A DNA stretch of 64,000 nt. It comes from Podarcis filfolensis (lineage: Eukaryota). Where the stretch lies: assembly GCA_964270895.1 (NCBI GenBank), contig OZ185435.1, one strand, 5' to 3'. Every line of letters begins with the position of its first letter. Position 1 is the stretch's first letter. Shown in pieces: positions 55,401 through 63,200 of the stretch. Position numbers and translations under genes: made by a program. Under the pieces are notes generated by a model. The model was not told where the DNA came from, made no database searches, and was given only the letters and a program-made list of their open reading frames with translations.

Positions 55401-58400
55401 ATAATGAGCACGACTTTGCACATATCACTTCAAACATTTTGATGAAAATGTATCACACACCATTATGTATAAGGGCATACCTAACACATTGACTTCACAT
55501 GAAGCTTTTGCAACCCCGTGATCGTTTTCAACTCGAATAGTATATGTGCCATGGTCTGGTCTGATTGAATCCCGAACGACCAGTACAGAATCTCCTTGTC
55601 TGTGGTTGTCAATGCTTAAACGCTCGGGCAGGGACAAGTGGAAAGGCTCATCTTCTTCAACTTCACCTTTCTTCTTCCTAGTAACCTTGGTAACTCTCTT
55701 CTTAATTTCTGTTGGCTTAACAACTTCATCATTCCATAACCAATCAATAGTTGGGTAAGGTGACCCTGAAATGTGTGCTTCAAGTGCAATCTCAGAACCT
55801 TGCTTCACCTCCAGGCCAGCCTGCAGATTAGCACCGAGGAAAACTTTTGGAGCCTCTGTAACCATAAAAATATTGTTTTAGTTTATATTTGATACTGTAG
55901 CATACAGCAGAATTTGAATGCTTGCTAAAAATGAATAGGTAGTTTGCAAAACATACCAACGGGATCCACTGCTTTCACCAGAGGAGTGACATTAGAAGGT
56001 CCACTGACACCGGCAGCATTCTCTGCACGGACACGGAACTGATATTCTTTGCCTTCCTCAAGACCTTTCACAGGAGAAGTCAAAAGAGGAACCAAAAAGT
56101 CATTGCATCTTTCCCACTTCTCTCCTCCTTTAACTAACTTTTCCAAAATGTAGCCCATAATCTTGGTTCCTCCATCATACAATGGTGGTTTCCATGTGAG
56201 TGTTACTGACTTCGATGTTGGATTGTGAACCTCAAGGTCAATAGGTGGATCTGGACGCTCTGCATATTGAAAATTTAAAAGAAAATGGATAAATAGAAGG
56301 CACAGAGAAACCATTTGCCTTTTTCAGTCTTGATGATCATAAAAAAAAACTTACGCTTTGGATCTTCTGCAATCACTGGATTTCTCAGTTCAATGTATTC
56401 ACCTCCTCCGATTTTATTAACAGCTTTAACACGGAAGTAGTATTCACCATTTTGTATGAGATCCTTTACATTCCATGCCAATTTGTTCTCACCAGACATC
56501 ACTGGTATGTATGTTCTCCTACCAGCTTCTCTTCGCTCCAGCACATAATGTAAAATTGGGGTGTTGCCATCAAATTCTGGAGGTTCCCAGGTCACTTTAC
56601 ATGAATTTTTAGTTACTTCACTTGCCTTGATACTATTGCATGGTCCAGGCACACCTAATTGAAGAACAATAGGTACACATGTAGCATTTAATAAAGTAAA
56701 TTGGTTTGAAAACTGTATTAAAAGAATATATATACTCGTGCGCACTAATCATATGGATGATAAACATTTATATATATAATTTACAATTCCTCAGGTTGAC
56801 CTATCTCCCTATTTAGACACATGGAGATATCAGCGTTGGCTCGCGTTACATGTATCAATTAAGCAGCTACGTGTCAGGCTTCAGGGAATCAGCTTCTTCC
56901 CCCGTGGCAGTAGATAAGCAAAACAAAAGAAAAGGAGTTGTCTTACCAGTTAGAAACTAATAATTACAGAGAGAGAACAAAGAACCCATCTCCTAGGAAT
57001 GGTGGTGCTCCCAATTAAGGATTCCACCCCCTTATGTCCCTATTAATCTACGTCATTACTACGTCTTGTAATCTGAGTTTGTACTCTCTGTGCTTTGTGT
57101 GCTTTCTGTTCTGCCGCTTTCTGAACTCTTCTTGACCTTGGGAAGGGCAGTGGGGGAATGCTGTCCAACGACTGTGAATCTGTTAACTCTCTCTCTTCCA
57201 GTGTTTCTTCTCCTAGCTCTTCCCCACCCAGTATTTCCCAGCTTCTGCCTTCTGAACTGTGCCCCTCTGCAAACCACTGCTCCAAATCTATACTTTCCTC
57301 CTGCTCCTGGGAAGATTCAGGATCCGGATGCAGAGGAGGGGGATGGGGAGGCGGAGGGGGAGGCTCCCAACCTTTCTCCTCAGTGCAGCCCTCCTCAGCA
57401 CAGTCCCTGACACTAAGAGCTGAGCATCTTGTCACCCATTCACCATTATGAGTCTAATTCACATAATTGCCGGTAAAAGAAAAATAAATTACCTATTACT
57501 TTGACATTGATTGTACCGGTTGTTGAACCCAATTTATTCTCCAAGGTAATAGTGTAAACGCCAGCATCAGCATGGACTGCATTTGTTACTTCCAGCAAGG
57601 CAGAGATGTGGTCGCTCTTCATTGTTGTTCGGTCACCGGCTTTCAACTCCTTCCCACTCTTATGCCAAGCAATAGTTGGAGTTGGAACAGCTCTGAAGGG
57701 CACAGGGATACTTAACTTTTCACCTTCAACCACAACGAGGTCTGTAGTCTTTATATCAACAGTTGGATTACCTGTTGTTGTGTTTTTTTTAAAAAAAACA
57801 AACAGAAAAATAATTTCAATTAGTGCGCCAAAGCAATTTCACAATTTAGAATTTATTTCATGACTGTTTCGAAAACAACTATACTTACAATCTGGATCTT
57901 TGGCGACAACGTTTTCTGATATGTCTGATGGCTCACTAGCCCCTATAGCGTTGACAGCTCTGACCCTGAGAATATATTCCTTGTCAGGGACAACGCCTTC
58001 TTCTGCTTTGTATTTCAAATCTTTGACTGGTCGAGAATTTATTCTCATCCATTTTTCAGTTCCTGCTTCACAGAGTTCTATATTGTATCCAATTATAGGA
58101 CTGCCGCCATTTTTCTCTGGGGGTTTCCACGCAATCGAAATGTGTTTTCTTCCTGCGTCTGTCACGTGTAAGTCCAGAGGAGGTGAAGGAGGGCCTGCAG
58201 GAATACATAAGTAATGTTATTTTCTGCCGTTCTATTTGGCACAACACATATTTCACTGATTATAATTTCCAATGTTCGTAACTCACTTGTTGGATCTTCA
58301 ATTGCCAGGATGTCAGTCGGTTCACTAGGGTGACCACAGCCGGCTTCATTTTCAGCACGGACCTGGAACTGCACCTCTGTACCTTCTATGACATCCGTTA

Positions 58401-60193
58401 CTCTGAAATTGCAGTCAGGGCCTGATGTTCTGCCAGCTTTCACCCAGCGCGTGCCAAGCTTCTCTTTCTTTTCAATAACGTATCTGTGTGAAGAACAGAT
58501 GTTTATAAGGTGCATGAATCCATACAATTCAAACAACAACAACAATAATAATTTTTTATTTATACCCTGCCCTTTCCAGTGCAGAAAACCGGGCTCAGGG
58601 TGGCTAACAACAAATTTAAAACACTTCATTGATACAACAAAAAACAGCATAAAATACAGTATAAAACGTGAATAACAATAAATTCAGAATTCAAAAATCA
58701 ATTTAGGGGGGAAATCCATCCAATAAACATTAGATGATCACCAGGGCTAGCTGGCTAAATTAGTCCTATTTGGGCCAGTGAGGAGACCAGGGGAGAATTA
58801 GCTGTGGGATCCAGAGCGGGTAATCTTCATAAAAAGGGGAGGGGGAGGGAAGGAAGGGGAATAAAAGATCAGGCCAAGTAGAAAGATTTAATCAAGAACG
58901 AATCATTCATTTAGATTTGAAACATTGCTCATCTAATAGATGTGTATAATGAACACAATAAACTTTGGAACCTTTAAAAATAAATTTTCTCTATTAATCA
59001 TCTCTCCCTGCCCCAGATTTTATACTCTTTCCCAATATATTCTGTCTGTCTGTATCTATCTTTCTATCTTTCTTTCTATCTATCTAAAAATGTATATGCT
59101 GCTTGATTGTAAACTGAACCTCTAAGTGGTTTACAAAAAATAAATATAAAAACAATTCTCTTTTACCGTAGAATTGGTCTGCCACCATCATTCTTAGGGG
59201 GTTCCCATTTTAGGTCGACATGTCTCTTTGTCACTTCGACTGGTGTAAGTGCATATGGTGCTCCAGGGGTAGCTAAATTAAATAATATTGATAGTTAGGA
59301 AAACAGAAATTTAAAAACGATGACATAGTTTGTTGAAGCTGAATTCTGAGTGTGTGTACTTGAAAACTTACTGAAGGTGTCTTTTGCAAGAACAGAGTCC
59401 TCAATTTCACAGTAGTCACTCTGCCCCACTGCATTTTCTGCAGCCACACGGAATACATACAGAGAGCCTTCTGTTAGTGGTGTCACTGTATATTTGGTGT
59501 CCTTAACCGTAGTATCAACCGTCTGCCAGCCTTTCCGTCGTACGTCTCTCTTTTCAACGATGTAATTTGTAATAGGAGAACCTCCGTCGCGTTCTGGTAC
59601 TGTCCATTTAAGGTCTGCAGTGTTTTTAGTGATATTAATGACCTCAAGCCATCGAGGTGGTGAAGGAGGATCTGTAACAATATTAAAGCAAAATATTATT
59701 AATTTGAATATGTTTTAATGTTTCCATTGCACCCTTAACACAAACCATAGTTCTAATGAATTAGTGATGATGTATTAATTGATGTATCATCTTTTACATG
59801 TGTAACATATCAATTTACAGTCACATCACAAAAGCAGCTAAAAACAGTATACCTGAAGGAGCATCTCCACCCCCATCATTCAGCCTGGACACTGAGGTCC
59901 AGTGCCGAGGGCCTTCTGGCGGTTCCCTCACTGCAAGAAGTGAGGTTACAGGGAACCAGGCAGAGGGCCTTCTTGGTAGCAGCGCCTGACCTGTGGAACG
60001 CCCTCCCTTCAGATGTCAAGGAAATAAACAACTATCTGACTTTTTGAAGACATCTGAAGGCAGCCCTTTTAGGGAGGTTTTTTAATATTTGATGTTTTAT
60101 CATGTTTTTAATATTCTGTTGGGAGCCACCCAGAGCGGCTGGGGAGGCCTGGCCAGATGGGCGGGGTATAATACATTATTATTATTATTATTA

Positions 60194-60235
<42 letters not shown>

Positions 60236-63200
60236 CAATACAAATAATAACTGAGGATGAAACGAAAATATATTCAATTGTCTTTTGCAAGTACAGACAG
60301 TGGCAGCCCCGCTGAAAGCCCCACTCCAAGTTACTGTGGAGCAGGCTTCTGATACCTTTGGGACTTGAAGAAAAAGAAGAAGAAGAAGAGTTTGGATTTG
60401 ATATCCTGCTTTATCACTACCCGAAGGAGTCTCAAAGCGGCCACAATCTCCTTTCCCTTCCTCCCCCACAACAAACACTCTGTGAGGTGAGTGGGGCTGA
60501 GAAACTTCAGAGAAGTGTGACTAGCCCAAGGTCACCCAGCAGCTGCATGTGGAGGAGCGGAGACGCGAACCCGGTTCACCAGATTACGAGTCTACCGCTC
60601 TTAACCACTATACCACACTGGCTCTCAGGAGAAGCTCTCCTGCAGAATGCAATGGCCAACTTACTCAGTCTCTCCTTGCATAGCACGGGATCGCTGGGCT
60701 CGCTAGGCTCACTCTCTCCAGCTTTGTTCACAGCTCTGACTCGGAAGGAATATTCTTGTTTCTCCATAAGCCCTTTGAGGAAGTGTTCTGGTGTGGGGAT
60801 GCCTTCAGCCACTCTCACCCACTCGTCTGTGCCAGTCTTTAACAATTCAATGACATACGATTCAATCTTGGCACCGCCGTCGTGTTCTGGCTTCGTCCAG
60901 TTCAAGAAACACGAGGTCTTGGCAACGTCTTTGACAATTGGCTTGCCGGGTGGCCATGGGGGATCTAGGCATGAATTGATAACTTGGTTTAGAAAACCCA
61001 GCATTATCACTTGGAGTAAGTTATAAAATTCATCTAAGAAAAATGCTTTCATACCAATAGGATCCTTCACCAAGACTGGCTCTGTTGCTCTGCTTGGCTT
61101 TCCTGGCCCAGCAAGATTCTCTGCCACGACACGGAACTTGTACTTCTTATGGAACGTGAGACCTTTAACCCTAATAGTAATGATGATAATGCTCCAATGT
61201 AAAATTTGTAATACTTATTACTAGTCAACACTATAATTAAATACTCTGCATCATCACAAGTGTACCTCGTGCATTAAAAAAATCAATACCTTTGAACTGT
61301 TCAGAGCAAATATATACTATCACCCCAAACCAGAGACTCCCTGTGTACACGGAGGAAGGACCTTCCTATTACTGTATCACTAGAAAGTCTCAGACACTGG
61401 TCAGATGTAATATAATCTGCATTTCTGTACTATTCATTAGTAGATGATATATATTGGTACTACTTAAAACTCTAAGGATGAATAATGCTTTGGTGTAATA
61501 AATATCCCTAGCTTGTATTAGAAATTCATATTACAGTTGTAATCTTGGATCTTGAATGCCTTGGTACTCGGATGTTTTGGGTCCCAAACGCCGCAAACCC
61601 GGAAGTGAGTGTTCCGGTTTGCGGACATTTTTTTGGAACCCGAACGTCTGACAGGGCTTCCGTGGCTTCCAATTGGCTGCAGGAGCTTCCTGAAGCCAAT
61701 CAGAAGCTGCGCGTTGGTTTCTGAAAGTTTTGGAAGTTGAACAGACTTCCGGAATGGATTCCGTTTGACTTCCAAGGTACGACTGTACTGGGAGTTCAAA
61801 AAGCAGAAAACTATATTCATCTCTAAGAAGTTCTGATATCAGCACTAATCTTATGAGCAGCTGCAGTGATGTAGAATCACATCAGAAGTCACAATCCCAC
61901 TACTGTTTCCATAGCAGAAATTGGTGCTACTGATAACACCCATAGTACAGTTGTCCTATTCAGTGGCACTGGTGGATGGTTATGAACATGATTTAGGTAA
62001 GGATATTTTCAATGGTTATTGTAGACCCAAAGTATAGACAGCAATACAATTATTCGATGCTATTACAGAGCACCAGTTAATATTTTATTCTAATGCATGA
62101 CAAGGAGTCAAGTTCAAGAGTATATAAAAGTCAGCTGTTTGCCTAAAAACAAATAGCAATCTTCTCAGTTACCTAGCTATGTATTTTTTAAAACGAAACA
62201 TATAATGATCTTACTTGAATGTCGTATCTTTAACTGGGATTTTATTGCAACGGACCCATTTATCTTGATCAGGGTCCAACCGTTCAACCCAATAACCAGT
62301 GATAGGGCTGCCACCATCTTCATCTGGTTCTACCCAAGTCAAGGTTACAGAATCTTTAGTGATCTCAACAGGCTGAACTCGTGTCGGAGGACCTGGCGGA
62401 TCTGTACAAAGAAGTAGAAAGGGGAACATTGACATACTTGCAATTCCTTGTGTGCAAATGTAATAGGAAGCACCTGTAGCAATAAATGCCATTTCATCAA
62501 ATTAATAATAATAATTTATTATTTATACCCCGCCCATCTGGCTCGGCTTCCCTAGCCACTCTGGGCAGCTTCCAAAAAAATATTAAAATACTGCAATACA
62601 CCAAACACTAAAAGCTTCCCTAAACAGGGCTGCCTTCAGATGTCTTCTAAAAGTCTGGTAGTTGTTGTTCTCTTTGACATCTGGTGGGAGGGCGTTCCAC
62701 AGGGTGGGCGCCACTACCGAAAAGGCCCTCTGCCTGGTTCCCTGTAACTTGGCTTCTCGCAGTGAGGGAACCGCCAGAAGGCCCTTGGTGCTGGACCTCA
62801 GTGTCCGGGTAGAATGATGGGGGTGGAGATGCTCCTTCAGATATACTGGACTGAGGCCGTTTAGGGCTTTAAAGGTCAGCACCAACACTTTGAATTGTGC
62901 TCAGAAACGTACAGTTGCCATGTAGAGGCTGCTTGAAACTGTCTCTTTGTGGCTGCTGCCGGTTCCACATGACAAGCAGTTTATGTGTACCAGCTTGCCA
63001 TAAATACTGACCCTTACCCACAGGCTTATCTCCATGTCACCAATGATAGTGTGGAGACAAACATTATGGTGGGGACTGACCCACATGGAGAAGTGGTACC
63101 TATCAATGCCATGCCATGTGGAGTGGCTACCAGTGGCATAGCGTGGGGGGTGCAGGGGGGCCGGCCGCACTGGGCGCAACATCTGGGGGTTAGGGTTAGG

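Larger units (their letters stand above)
34438..57771 (-). repeat. D-zone 7-domain super-repeats D1-D6 (Ig-Fn2-Ig-Fn3)
   Basis: Domain order read from the exons gives six exact 7-domain units between the six-Fn3 tandem and the first 11-domain unit. Confidence 0.93.

Noticed and set aside
57043-57435. 130-aa Pro/Glu-rich ORF in the TTN sense, superficially PEVK-like
   Set aside because: It lies almost entirely inside the solo LTR, follows its purine-rich composition, and I found no acceptor/donor pair that would splice it in frame into titin.
60280-60365. Complex sequence between the L2 and Squam3 copies as an extra exon
   Set aside because: Exons ~265 and ~266 join directly ([13 protein letters not shown]), and the segment has no titin-like translation or splice pair.
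62583-62888. 101-aa minus-strand ORF (also 25007-25207 and 59798-59989) as a small gene
   Set aside because: It is the C-terminus of L2 ORF2 in truncated copies, with no promoter or RT domain.
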